Source: a virus (taxonomy: Duplodnaviria > Caudoviricetes). Taken from it: a stretch of DNA of 64,000 nt. Location of the stretch: positions 1 through 64,000 of IMG/VR virus record IMGVR_UViG_3300033121_002338. The stretch is one strand, 5' to 3'. Below, piece after piece: positions 17,748 to 27,125 of this stretch (its first letter is position 1; the number at the start of each line of letters is the position of its first letter). A program made the position numbers and the translations under genes. The notes below the pieces were generated by a model. The model worked only from the letters and a program-made list of their open reading frames with translations. It was not told the origin of the DNA and ran no database searches.

Positions 17748-18353
17748 AACCGCGAGTGGTGTGAGGTGGTTGAGGATCTGGGTGGTCGTGTCCCATCTTT
17801 GTTCTTAAATACTGGCGACCTCCCAATTTGCTTGAATGTAGGTAACATTAGTGGAATCCAGAATATCCTACTAGATTACCACTTATTGGCCGCATACAGG
17901 AAGTTCAGTCAGAAGATCCTGGGGACCGAGGGGCACTGGGAGGTTATTAACGAAGGTGAATCGACGGTCGATGGCGACTCGTTGAGCGCCAAGGATCAGT
18001 TGATCCGTCTTTATCCGACTCCGAAGGGGGCTTTCCCGGTCACGGTTTTGTACCTGCCGGTGGTCACTCATTTCAGGAGTCCGCAGGCCAGACAATTGGC
18101 CTATGATCTGATGGTGGCTGAGGCCAGGATCATGATTGGTTCGTCGCGGCGGAAGATCTCGGGTATGCCGACCCCCGATGGTGGCAGCATTAGCTACGAT
18201 GGGGCCGATATGGTTCAGGAGGGGGAACAGGCCCGGGAGAAGATTTTGGAGCAGGCGATAAATCTTGGGGAACCGCTGTCGTTCTGGCTCTGGAACCTTC
18301 TGGTGCCTTTGATGGGGATTCTGGCTGTTGGCCTTAAAGACACTGTATGCTAG
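17568..18353 (+). CDS. SprT-like HExxH segment fused in frame to the C-terminal part of the gp13-like neck protein
   Basis: CLAHEIAHLIVGHGDHNREW...LGG, then NVGNISGIQNILLDYHLL...IRLYPTP...PDGGSISYDG..MVQEG. Same reading frame as 15090..15884. Confidence 0.65.
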   Translation: MVVDWRRDVLIHLLPLAVDGAADLASGDIYLSRKLLADPARLRDCLAHEIAHLIVGHGDHNREWCEVVEDLGGRVPSLFLNTGDLPICLNVGNISGIQNILLDYHLLAAYRKFSQKILGTEGHWEVINEGESTVDGDSLSAKDQLIRLYPTPKGAFPVTVLYLPVVTHFRSPQARQLAYDLMVAEARIMIGSSRRKISGMPTPDGGSISYDGADMVQEGEQAREKILEQAINLGEPLSFWLWNLLVPLMGILAVGLKDTVC

Positions 18354-18421
18354 ATGGGTGATGGTGGCTAATGTGGTGGTTATCATGATCAAAGCCTATG
18401 GTAGCCGTCTAAACCACTGAG

Positions 18422-18955
18422 TTGCTAATGGCCACCAATCCGTCTACCTGGACCCACACTATCGCCTGGCAGCTCGAAATTCAAGCAAACAATAAGATTC
18501 TTGTCCCAGGACTGGAACCCACTTCCGGGATGTCTTCGCGTGTCCTTGGTGCCTATCTCGCCAAACAGGGTGTCACCAACGCCCTGGTCGATCTGAAAGT
18601 AGCCTTAGCCGCGATCCCCGGTTCGTTTGTGAAATGGGGTGCTAATTTCAACCGGGGTGGCTATCGTCAGAAATGGTTTGTGCTGCCGCCGCTGAAGCCG
18701 GACTGCCCGTGCCAGAGCTACGATGATTATTACAAGATCTTGAAATCGTTGGCGGATGGTGAATTGCCGGTCGAGGAGAATTTCGACGCTTGTGATATCA
18801 ACGGGATGGGCTACTGTCCGCATCCGGATTTCCGGCTGGCTAAGCCACCCGAGCAGAATCCTTATCGTGAGGAAGGTGCATTCCCGGCTGGTGGTGGGGT
18901 GTTACCACCGCTGCCGAGTTGGCAAGGCGGGGACTACCCTGGGGGACTAGGATGA
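18422..18955 (+). CDS. hypothetical protein
   Basis: 177-aa ORF; the start is probably ATG 18428. Confidence 0.6.
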   Translation: MLMATNPSTWTHTIAWQLEIQANNKILVPGLEPTSGMSSRVLGAYLAKQGVTNALVDLKVALAAIPGSFVKWGANFNRGGYRQKWFVLPPLKPDCPCQSYDDYYKILKSLADGELPVEENFDACDINGMGYCPHPDFRLAKPPEQNPYREEGAFPAGGGVLPPLPSWQGGDYPGGLG

Positions 18956-19191
18956 ATTTCGGAGTTGATTACAACGACAGCCCGAAGATTGTTAAACACG
19001 GGATCTGCTGCCGTTGTGAACGACCCTCTGAGAATTCCCCGATCGGAACCGGTAGGGTCCCGACTGGCCCCGGTGGGGCCTTAGAGAGTATCAAGAACAT
19101 TGTCCTCTGCCTCGACTGCGTTGCCCTGATGGCCGAAATCCCAAAGAAATTCTGGCATGAAGGTTGGCCTAATCAGAACAAGAAGAAATGA
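18952..19191 (+). CDS. small Cys-rich (Zn-binding) hypothetical protein
   Basis: ATGA overlap with the upstream gene; CCRC...CLDC. Confidence 0.6.
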   Translation: MNFGVDYNDSPKIVKHGICCRCERPSENSPIGTGRVPTGPGGALESIKNIVLCLDCVALMAEIPKKFWHEGWPNQNKKK

Positions 19192-19207
19192 GCTTGTTGA
19201 TTTCCTG
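19165..19207. repeat. 43-bp direct repeat, copy 1
   Basis: tggcctaatcagaacaagaagaaatgagcttgttgatttcctg, identical to 22151-22193. Confidence 0.95.
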
Positions 19208-19381
19208 GCCCCAATCAATGTCCATACTAAAGCACCCATGGTTTTCGCACCAGAAAACCTGGGTGGATTTCAACTCTTTTGGCGAACAGTGCCCCTTGTC
19301 GTGCCGGCTTTCTGTCCCGCACTTCGGGCAACGGGCGGACACGTGCAGATGGCGGAAACGAACGTAATCGATCTTAACCAT
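19169..19381 (-). CDS. small Zn-ribbon hypothetical protein
   Basis: CPKC...CENH; ends GQEINKLISSCSD. Confidence 0.55.
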   Translation of the reverse strand: MVKIDYVRFRHLHVSARCPKCGTESRHDKGHCSPKELKSTQVFWCENHGCFSMDIDWGQEINKLISSCSD

Positions 19382-19386
19382 AGGGG

Positions 19387-19803
19387 TTAGCTCGCTGGAA
19401 AATAGAGGGTACCGTACGGCCCATCTGACTCTCTCGTCTGGTAAAATAGTCGCCGCAGGTGATCAGCATGATCGTCCCGAAGGGCCTGGACCAGACGCTC
19501 TAACCAGTCGAAGGCGTCCGGCTCCATCAAATCGATCATATATTGGTCGTAGTGGACTTTGATCTTGTTGGTTATGCGTACTAGGTTGTTGACTTCCGGG
19601 CGTCTTATCGAGCAGGCAGCGGTGATTGTGGCCAATCCGGCGCCGACAGTTACCGACAAGATCGGTTCGCCGTAGGAATACCCTGACCACTTGTCGATTC
19701 CTGATTTAAACAATCCGGGGAAGCGATCGCCCAAGAAGGTGTAAACGCCTCCTGCGATTTCTTCTGCGGCGATGTTCACTGGGGTTTCTTTTTCTTCAGC
19801 CAC
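19387..19803 (-). CDS. hypothetical protein
   Basis: 138-aa ORF within a minus-strand run. Confidence 0.6.
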   Translation of the reverse strand: MAEEKETPVNIAAEEIAGGVYTFLGDRFPGLFKSGIDKWSGYSYGEPILSVTVGAGLATITAACSIRRPEVNNLVRITNKIKVHYDQYMIDLMEPDAFDWLERLVQALRDDHADHLRRLFYQTRESDGPYGTLYFPAS

Positions 19804-20003
19804 TTATGGGCCTCGTGGAGACGATCACCAAAAGCCTGTAGGTTCTTCAAGTTCTGACTCGCCATGAGTTCCTTGGCGATGAACTCCCCTTTGTGGTTGG
19901 TGCCGCAGGTTAAGACTAACAATCGCCTGGCTTCTTCTTCGGTATCGACTGAGTAGACCGGTAGGAAACCGCGTGGACAGGTACGACCGTACCTGACCAC
20001 CAC
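19776..20003 (-). CDS. hypothetical protein
   Basis: 75-aa ORF; the start is uncertain. Confidence 0.45.
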   Translation of the reverse strand: MVVRYGRTCPRGFLPVYSVDTEEEARRLLVLTCGTNHKGEFIAKELMASQNLKNLQAFGDRLHEAHKWLKKKKPQ

Positions 20004-20115
20004 GGCTCAATAGATCTTAATTGGCTGACTCAGACGATCTCGCGTTTGTCTGCCCATTGCTTATCTCCAGTGACTTTTAGGATACCCAGTCACAAAAATA
20101 CATCAGGGAGATTTT

Positions 20116-20754
20116 ATGCCTGTTTATCGTTACGGTGTGGAAACCACCAGCCAGCCCGATGGGAACTTATTTGATGCTTCCCACCCGGACTTCCGGAGTG
20201 AAGCCCAGCAGAGGCACACCCCATTAGCATTGCACGATTCGGATAGCAATGACCTCAAATTGGCCAGGAAGCTGGCTGAGGAAATGATCAATGTCTCCGG
20301 CGCTGAGGTCAAGGTCTATGTCCGCACCGAGAACGCTGATTATGACCGGCTTTGGGACGCCGACCCGGACCCAACTTACTGGAACCCGGTCCCGATGAAG
20401 GCCTTCTTCAAACCGGCGCCACTAGAGATGGAACTTAAGAAGTGGGGAGCGGACAACACCAACCGGACCGAGATTGTTTTCAACCACCAACAGCTATATC
20501 GGTGCTTTGGCGAGAGAATGCTCAGGGTGGGCGACGTTGTCCAGGTCCCCTACAACGCTGCCACCGAGAGCCTGAACCCGAAATATTACAGAGTCACTAA
20601 TGCTACGCCATCTGGCAATTTTCGTTATAACTGGCTGTACTTGACCTGCCAGGCTGAGGTCCTAACTGCCGACATGACCGTGCGGCCGGCTGACGCCAGT
20701 CCGATGCCGTTCGATGAAATGGCGGAAAAGAAAGGCGGATACCGTGAGAGCTAA
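20116..20754 (+). CDS. neck/head-closure protein (T4 gp14-like)
   Basis: LAEEMINVSGAEVKVY...RVGDVVQVPY; position in the neck/tail module. Confidence 0.65.
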   Translation: MPVYRYGVETTSQPDGNLFDASHPDFRSEAQQRHTPLALHDSDSNDLKLARKLAEEMINVSGAEVKVYVRTENADYDRLWDADPDPTYWNPVPMKAFFKPAPLEMELKKWGADNTNRTEIVFNHQQLYRCFGERMLRVGDVVQVPYNAATESLNPKYYRVTNATPSGNFRYNWLYLTCQAEVLTADMTVRPADASPMPFDEMAEKKGGYRES

Positions 20755-21010
20755 AGACCAGTGCAAGAATCTGGATTCCAGATTGGAACTAGTTAAGCAT
20801 CAACTGTTTAACCAAATTGCTGGTGCTATCCAGGCCAAGATCAAAGAGGACACTGGAATAGAGGTTGATTTGATCGGCAAGAATGAGGTTGGCGGCGAGA
20901 TCAAGGCGACTCTGGTCGGGCAAACTGGTGACAGCGAGGCTGTCGATAAAGCTGATCGGACCATGCAGCAGCTGCGGAACCCGGCCAATTTTACTAATTT
21001 AGTCAGGTGA
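20714..21010 (+). CDS. hypothetical protein
   Basis: ORF between the neck and tail terminator genes; the start may be GTG 20744. Confidence 0.55.
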   Translation: MKWRKRKADTVRAKDQCKNLDSRLELVKHQLFNQIAGAIQAKIKEDTGIEVDLIGKNEVGGEIKATLVGQTGDSEAVDKADRTMQQLRNPANFTNLVR

Positions 21011-21014
21011 GTCT

Positions 21015-21887
21015 TTGCCACTCCATGATTTCAACTCTGATGTCGGAATGCCGGCCGCCGACCTTCGCGCTTCTCTCCCCCACGGAGCCGCTGAGGTCCC
21101 GGGTGTCCGGCAGGTCTCTCATGTACAGGGCGGTCGGACCGATATTGCCGGCTCCGACTTTATGTCGTACCCCTATAACCTCGAAGAGTTCCTGCAACCT
21201 GGTTTTCGGGCGCTAGATGATGCTATGAAACAATATTGGTCAGGTATCCGGGTACCGACCAAGGACTCATATAGGTTTATGCGGGTTAAGATTGCCGGTG
21301 GTGATAAATCGTTGTTGGTTTGGGCCGATGAGCTCAAGGACGGGCGGGCTCGGCTGCCGCTGGCGGCGATCGACAGGACTTCGGCAGAGTTCAACCCAGA
21401 GAAGTACAGTCCGGCTTACCATGCCATGACGGCCCGGTACGTCAGCACCAGAGGTAATCTGGCCGCCAAAGTCTACCGTCCTGTGCCGTTCCTGGTTGAC
21501 TACACTTTGACGATCTGGGCTGAGCATAAACGTGATGCCGAGTATATCATCTACCAGGTTTTGACTCGTTTTAATTCGTTGGCCGAATTTCGGATGAGCG
21601 ATGGGAAGATTGAAGGGAATGTCCAGCTTCGTTTGGGCGGCTCCCAGGATACCAGCGATAAGGAAACAGGGCACGATCAACATGCAAATATTAGATACGA
21701 GGTAACTACTACTGCTGAGGCGTGGCTGCCCCTGCCGGAGAAGATCGTCCCGACCGTCTTGGGTCGTGTGACCCTGCTCAAGGAACGGCTTGGTGATATT
21801 CTCTTGGCCGGTAAAGGTTCCAGCAGCTTGACTAACCAGTGGGTGGAACCAGTTCAGAACGCAACCCAGGCTCAACAAACCGTCTAA
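21015..21887 (+). CDS. tail terminator / sheath stabiliser (T4 gp15-like)
   Basis: LPLAAIDR...PVPFLVDYTLTIWA...DAEYIIYQVLTRFN...IRYEVTTTAEAWLP; lies upstream of the sheath gene. Confidence 0.7.
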   Translation: MPLHDFNSDVGMPAADLRASLPHGAAEVPGVRQVSHVQGGRTDIAGSDFMSYPYNLEEFLQPGFRALDDAMKQYWSGIRVPTKDSYRFMRVKIAGGDKSLLVWADELKDGRARLPLAAIDRTSAEFNPEKYSPAYHAMTARYVSTRGNLAAKVYRPVPFLVDYTLTIWAEHKRDAEYIIYQVLTRFNSLAEFRMSDGKIEGNVQLRLGGSQDTSDKETGHDQHANIRYEVTTTAEAWLPLPEKIVPTVLGRVTLLKERLGDILLAGKGSSSLTNQWVEPVQNATQAQQTV

Positions 21888-22138
21888 TGGAGATTGTGGT
21901 GGCTAAAGCTAAGAAAAAGTCTGCGATGGTGCGACTTTACAATTGCTCTAAGCAGATGATCCCGCTCCAGGTCAGAGCCCCGGGTTCCGATTTCTTCTCG
22001 AACGAGCAGCAAGTTCGTTTGAACCCCGGCCAGGACGTGATGCTACCGAAATCCTACCTCCGCGAAGACCAGATCGAGAACCTGCGGAAGCGGCGGATGG
22101 TCCAGGTCAACTACGACAGTGAAGCGGCGGCCGAGTAA
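21887..22138 (+). CDS. small hypothetical tail-region protein
   Basis: ATG 21887 overlaps the upstream stop codon. Confidence 0.6.
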   Translation: MEIVVAKAKKKSAMVRLYNCSKQMIPLQVRAPGSDFFSNEQQVRLNPGQDVMLPKSYLREDQIENLRKRRMVQVNYDSEAAAE

Positions 22139-22150
22139 ACCGGCTTGACG

Positions 22151-22193
22151 TGGCCTAATCAGAACAAGAAGAAATGAGCTTGTTGATTTCCTG
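22151..22193. repeat. 43-bp direct repeat, copy 2
   Basis: Identical to 19165-19207. Confidence 0.95.
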
Positions 22194-22364
22194 CCCCGAG
22201 TCCCAGAATTTCCTGTAACCGTGATTGAATAGGTTCTGGGCCTCGGTTGATTTCGGGTCGAACGACGACAGGAAATTAACCAATTTGTGTTTCTGGCTTG
22301 TCTTGTACAGCTCAACGAAACCCAACTTCTTATGGCCGGCTTGCGGCATTCGAAGCACGACCAC
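22155..22364 (-). CDS. small hypothetical protein sharing its C-terminus with 19169..19381
   Basis: Ends GQEINKLISSCSD. Confidence 0.4.
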   Translation of the reverse strand: MVVLRMPQAGHKKLGFVELYKTSQKHKLVNFLSSFDPKSTEAQNLFNHGYRKFWDSGQEINKLISSCSD

Positions 22365-22575
22365 GGGTCGGCCGTGCCTTTCCTGAACGCCAGTGATTCT
22401 TAAGGCTTATCTTGGTCGGCTGCTTGTAGGTGTCACATTTGGCCATTAGTGTAATGGCTACTCCTTTCGCAAAGATATCTGGACAATTGATGACCTGGGG
22501 TCAGCCAGAATGGTGTCTTTGCGAGATGCCACAGTAAACTCCGGCAAAGATGAATTACCTGAGAGGTAAATACGC

Positions 22576-25422
22576 ATGGCAGTTTTCCTTTCGCCCGGAG
22601 TCTTCCCCCGGGAAATCGACCTAAGCATTCTCCCGACCGCTGTTGGCCCGCTGCGGCCCGCGTTCATCGGTACCGCCCAGAAGGGTCCGCTGAACGAAGC
22701 TGTCTTCATCAGCACCTCCCAACAGGCTCTCGACACCTTTGGTGAGCCATTCCCAGAATCCTACCTGATGTACGCGGTGCTCAGTTACCTCGAAGAGGGG
22801 AACGAGTGCTACGTGATGCGGGTCGGCGTCGAATGCCAAGAAGGGCAACCCGACGAATTATCCTCAATCTGCATCGACACCAGCGGCGCCCGCGGCACCG
22901 GTTGGGGTCGCATCCCGCTGTTCACTGGGATTGACTACGGTCGGCTGAACCTGCGGGTGGTTAGCACCGACGCCCCGCTCGCCTTTCATGCCGCCAGCGT
23001 CAGCGATATCGACTACCAGGACGTGGTGGTGAGCACCACCGATGGTGCGACTAGCGCCACCCTGAACATCGTCGGCACCTACACCGGCGACATCGACGAC
23101 TCGTTCGTCATGGTGATCACTGGGGCTCCAACCGCCTCCGACGCCGCTAGCGTTGAAGGTGCCACCTTCCAAGTCATCCGCAACTCGGACGGTGAAGTGG
23201 TCGCCTCCGGGACCATGGACGATTTCGACTACAACGGCACCAGCCAGGCCATCGACCTCGAAAACGGTCTGACTGTCCAAGTCGTAGTCACCGCCGGTGT
23301 GATCGACGAGAACGACACTTTCAGCTTCAAGGTGGCTCCGGACAACCGGAAATTCACCGTTGATGTTGAGGGGGTGGCCGGCACTCAGCACACGATGCCG
23401 ACCGCCACCTACACCACCGCCGCCGACTTCGTCACCGCTTTCAACAACCTACTGTCGGGTGACGGCTACCTGATGGTGGAGTTCACCCTGGAAGACGGCG
23501 AAACCGTCATCCCCCAACTGCGGACCACGGTTGCCGGCAACCGAATCCAGCTCATGGGGACCTCAGGGTTTGCCCTGGAAGTCGGCAGCCAGCAGTATGC
23601 CTGGGATATCCCACGGTCTTACCTGCTCGGCGTGGACCCAGGCCCGTTCGATATCACCGCCCAAAACAACCGGGTCAAACTCAACCTGGTCGGGACCGAC
23701 ACCACCAAGACAATTGAATTCAACGTTCCAGTCGGGCTGGCCCAGACTGCCGATAGCCTGGCCACCTCCGTCAACGTGACCGGCGTCGTGGCCGGCGAAA
23801 CCCTGTACGAGTCGTTCGCCCTGACGGTCCCGGGCGGCTCAGAGCACGTGGTTATCGTCACCAGCCCCGACCACGAATTCGACACGCTCTCGCTCCTGGC
23901 AACCTTCTCCAACCTCAAGACCCTCCGCTTCGCCGAGGAACTTGAAATCCCCTACCCGTACCAACGGGCCTACCGGGGCTTTCGCGACAACCGGCTAGTC
24001 CTGCCGGCCTCAGGGCAGATCACCGCCGCCACCCCGCTGTCCTGCGAGACCTCACCGCTCTCCAGTGACTGCGCCTCCGACACCGCCTACTTCCAGAACG
24101 TGGTGGGCTGGCTGGTCGCCCCGTCACCGGGGACCTGGGTGGACGGCGTGACCGCCTCGCTCGAAGTCTTCGTGACCGGCACCACCCCAGCCGGCCGCTA
24201 CAAGCTGACCGTCAAGGACGCCAACCGTTCCGTCCTCGAAATCGTAGAGAACGTCAGCTTCGACAAACGGGATGACCGCTACATCGGCAACGTCGTCAAC
24301 CCCGGCACCAAGTACGGTGGCCGGAACGGCAGCGCCTACGTCCAATGGGAAGAGCGGCCAGCCTTCCTCAACAACAACGCCAGCGCCACCGACTTCGAAG
24401 TCCGCTACCCATCCCAGTTCACCGAACGGGCCTACCTCGGCCAGGCCAACGGCATCCCGACCGACCCGGCCTTCAGCTCTGAACTGGACGCCGCGGTGAT
24501 CGGCAACCCAGCCACCTCCAGTGGCCTGTACGCCTTCCAAAACCCGGAAGCGGTAGACATCAACCTGCTCTGCACCCCCGGTTTCTCAACCGGTGCGGTG
24601 ATCGGCACCGCACTCCAGATGTGTGAATCCCGCGGCGACGTCCTCTACCTGGTGGACCCGCCGTTCGGCCTGCGGCCACAACAGGCAGTGGACTGGCACA
24701 ACGGCATGCTGCTCTCCGACCTGCGGGCAGCCATCAACTCAAGCTACGGTGCCCTCTACTGGGGCTGGGTGCGGATCTTCGACCAGTTCAGCAACGACGA
24801 AATTTGGGTCCCGCCCTCCGGCCACGTGACCGCCGTCTTTAGCCGGACCGCACGGGATGCCGAGTCCTGGTTCGCCCCGGCTGGCCTCAAGCGTGGCCGG
24901 CTTCTGACCGCGCTGGACGTCGAATACTCGCCGACCCAGGGCGAGCGCGATCTGCTCTACGGTTCTGGGAACGCCGTCAACCCGATCGTCAAGTTCCCGC
25001 AAGACGGGATCGTGATCTGGGGGCAGCGGACCTTACAGCGGACCCAGTCGGCCCTGGACCGCGTCAGCGTCCGGATGCTGATGATTCACATTAAGAAGAA
25101 CTTGGTCCGCCTACTGCGGAACTTCATCTTCGAACCGAACGACAAGATCCTGTGGAAGCAGGTCATCGCCACTATCGACCCCTTCCTGGCTGATATCCAA
25201 GCTCGGCGAGGCCTCCAAGCCTACCGGGTGATTGTTGATGAGACCAACAACACTCCGGAGAGAATCGATCGAAACGAACTGTGGATCTCAGTCTTCCTGA
25301 AGCCCACGCGGACGGTCGAATTCGTGGTGCTGAACCTGGCCGTGCTGCGGACCGGGGCCAGCTTCTCGGCCGAGGAGGTCCTGGCTGCCGCAGGGATCGT
25401 TTCGGCTTCAACTTCAGTGTAA
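22576..25422 (+). CDS. contractile tail sheath protein (T4 gp18-like)
   Basis: FLSPGVFPREID...AFIGTAQKGP; NSSYGALYWGW...WVPPSG...WFAPAGLKRG...RDLLY...VNPIV...WGQRTLQ...ALDRVSVR; 948 aa. Confidence 0.95.
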   Translation: MAVFLSPGVFPREIDLSILPTAVGPLRPAFIGTAQKGPLNEAVFISTSQQALDTFGEPFPESYLMYAVLSYLEEGNECYVMRVGVECQEGQPDELSSICIDTSGARGTGWGRIPLFTGIDYGRLNLRVVSTDAPLAFHAASVSDIDYQDVVVSTTDGATSATLNIVGTYTGDIDDSFVMVITGAPTASDAASVEGATFQVIRNSDGEVVASGTMDDFDYNGTSQAIDLENGLTVQVVVTAGVIDENDTFSFKVAPDNRKFTVDVEGVAGTQHTMPTATYTTAADFVTAFNNLLSGDGYLMVEFTLEDGETVIPQLRTTVAGNRIQLMGTSGFALEVGSQQYAWDIPRSYLLGVDPGPFDITAQNNRVKLNLVGTDTTKTIEFNVPVGLAQTADSLATSVNVTGVVAGETLYESFALTVPGGSEHVVIVTSPDHEFDTLSLLATFSNLKTLRFAEELEIPYPYQRAYRGFRDNRLVLPASGQITAATPLSCETSPLSSDCASDTAYFQNVVGWLVAPSPGTWVDGVTASLEVFVTGTTPAGRYKLTVKDANRSVLEIVENVSFDKRDDRYIGNVVNPGTKYGGRNGSAYVQWEERPAFLNNNASATDFEVRYPSQFTERAYLGQANGIPTDPAFSSELDAAVIGNPATSSGLYAFQNPEAVDINLLCTPGFSTGAVIGTALQMCESRGDVLYLVDPPFGLRPQQAVDWHNGMLLSDLRAAINSSYGALYWGWVRIFDQFSNDEIWVPPSGHVTAVFSRTARDAESWFAPAGLKRGRLLTALDVEYSPTQGERDLLYGSGNAVNPIVKFPQDGIVIWGQRTLQRTQSALDRVSVRMLMIHIKKNLVRLLRNFIFEPNDKILWKQVIATIDPFLADIQARRGLQAYRVIVDETNNTPERIDRNELWISVFLKPTRTVEFVVLNLAVLRTGASFSAEEVLAAAGIVSASTSV

Positions 25423-25427
25423 TAACC

Positions 25428-25465
25428 AAAAGGCCACAGATTCCATAAGGGTCTGTGGCCTTTTT
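25428..25465 (+). terminator. intrinsic terminator after the sheath gene
   Basis: aaaaggccacaga...tctgtggccttttt. Confidence 0.75.
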
Positions 25466-25487
25466 CGTGTATTTCGATTAATGCACT

Positions 25488-27125
25488 GTGGATGTCAATG
25501 AGATGATCAACTGGCAGAAGACGGAAATCAAGTATGGAATTACCAACAATTCAGCCCGTTCCAAGTCCAAAGTCGTCGTCGAATGCGACGAATGTGGGGT
25601 TGAAGCCGATAGGATATACTGTTCGGTTAAACAGACACTTAAACGCACTGCTGGTCGGCTCTTCTGTCATAACTGTGCTACTAAAAGCCAACAATTTAAG
25701 GACGGTTGTGCGACACGGGCCGCCAAGAAATGGCAGGATCAGGAATATATTGCCAATAATTTGAGCGCAGTCCGATCCCCTGAGTATCGTGAACAGAAGC
25801 GGTCAGAATCGGCTGAACGTTGGTCGGATGCTGACTTTCGGGCCAAGATGACCACACACGAGATGATTGAGGCCAGACGCAGAAATAGCAGCATCGCGGC
25901 TAAGAACCTCTGGGCGCAACCTGAATACCGAGCTAAGTTGATTGGTAAGCTACGCGAGAGGATGATCGAGACCTGGCAGCGTCAGGACTATCGTACCCAC
26001 ATGTCGGCCATTCAATCTGGCAACACTAAATCGTTGTGGGAAGATGGCGCTTTCGCTGACTGTTTCGACGACGCCTTTAAGGAGAAAATGGCGGCCATCA
26101 ACAGGGAGATTCTTTCTCGACCCGAAGTGCTGGAGAAGTTGACTGAGGCTGGCAGAGCGAATTGGGAAAACGATGAGTATCGCCAGGCGGTGATCGCAGG
26201 AAATAAGGCGAGATGGCAGAATGAAGAACACCGCGAGCTTATGGCACAGATTAGATCCGGTCAACCACGTCAAAGCACACAACAGCAGTTATTGTATCAA
26301 TTTCTGGGGGATCTAGGTGTCACTTATTACCGTGAAGGCCAAGAGACTAAGATTGGCTACTTTGTCTTCGACTGCCTGGTGGAACATCAGGGACTGAAGA
26401 TCCTGATCGAGTGTCAGGGTGATTACTGGCATTCCTTACCAGGTTCAGCCAGCCGTGACAAAGCCAAGTTCACCTACGTTGACCGATACTTCCCAGAGTA
26501 CGAGGTCATGTACATCTGGGAACATGAATTCTATACCAAGGACCGGGTCCTAGACAGATTGAAATTGAGACTCGGCTTGTCGGTCGAAACTGTTGATTTC
26601 CGTTTCCAAGACATCCAAATTAAAGAGGTCTCGGCGGGTGAGGTGAAGTCGTTCCTGGACGCCTACCACTACATCGGTAAAGGTAGAGGTGGTAAGACCT
26701 ATGGGGCTTACCTGGGAGATCTGCTGGTAGCCTGTGTCGTGTTCAGCCCGCCACTCCGGCAGAACATGGGGGCGTTCGGCGAATTCAGAGAGTTATCTAG
26801 ATGCTGTATTCACCCGTCTTACCACCGCAAGAACTTCGCTAGCTGGTTTATCAGCCGGTCGTTGCGGCTGGTCGGCGGGAAGGTGGTGGCCTATGCGGAT
26901 AGTACGGTTGGTCACACTGGGGCCATCTATAAGGCCTCGAACTTCAAACTTCATCATGAGGTGGACCCGGATTATTGGTATGTGGATGGCGATGGTTTTG
27001 TGATGCATAAGCGGACGCTATATGGCCGTGCGGTCAAGATGGGGATGGCCGAGTCGGAGTTTGTTGCCGCTTACGGGTACGTCAAAAAGTTCGGCGGCCC
27101 TAAGAGATGTTTTGTGTATGGCTGA
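25488..27125 (+). CDS. Zn-finger/NUMOD3-like + Vsr/DUF559-like endonuclease + Mom-like GNAT fusion
   Basis: CDEC...CHNC; FVFDCLV...IECQGDYWH...RDKAK; FLDAYHYIG...ELSRCCIHP...NFASWFIS...AYADSTVGHTGAIYKASNF. Confidence 0.85.
   Translation: MDVNEMINWQKTEIKYGITNNSARSKSKVVVECDECGVEADRIYCSVKQTLKRTAGRLFCHNCATKSQQFKDGCATRAAKKWQDQEYIANNLSAVRSPEYREQKRSESAERWSDADFRAKMTTHEMIEARRRNSSIAAKNLWAQPEYRAKLIGKLRERMIETWQRQDYRTHMSAIQSGNTKSLWEDGAFADCFDDAFKEKMAAINREILSRPEVLEKLTEAGRANWENDEYRQAVIAGNKARWQNEEHRELMAQIRSGQPRQSTQQQLLYQFLGDLGVTYYREGQETKIGYFVFDCLVEHQGLKILIECQGDYWHSLPGSASRDKAKFTYVDRYFPEYEVMYIWEHEFYTKDRVLDRLKLRLGLSVETVDFRFQDIQIKEVSAGEVKSFLDAYHYIGKGRGGKTYGAYLGDLLVACVVFSPPLRQNMGAFGEFRELSRCCIHPSYHRKNFASWFISRSLRLVGGKVVAYADSTVGHTGAIYKASNFKLHHEVDPDYWYVDGDGFVMHKRTLYGRAVKMGMAESEFVAAYGYVKKFGGPKRCFVYG

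Noticed and set aside
19776-20057. Possible TGA readthrough or alternative genetic code (MGRQ...KIY*AVVVRYG)
   Set aside because: A single case. Long genes elsewhere end normally in TAA, TAG and TGA, so code 11 fits.
22864-24540. Antisense ORFs within the sheath gene
   Set aside because: Shadow ORFs caused by strong codon bias in a GC-rich gene.
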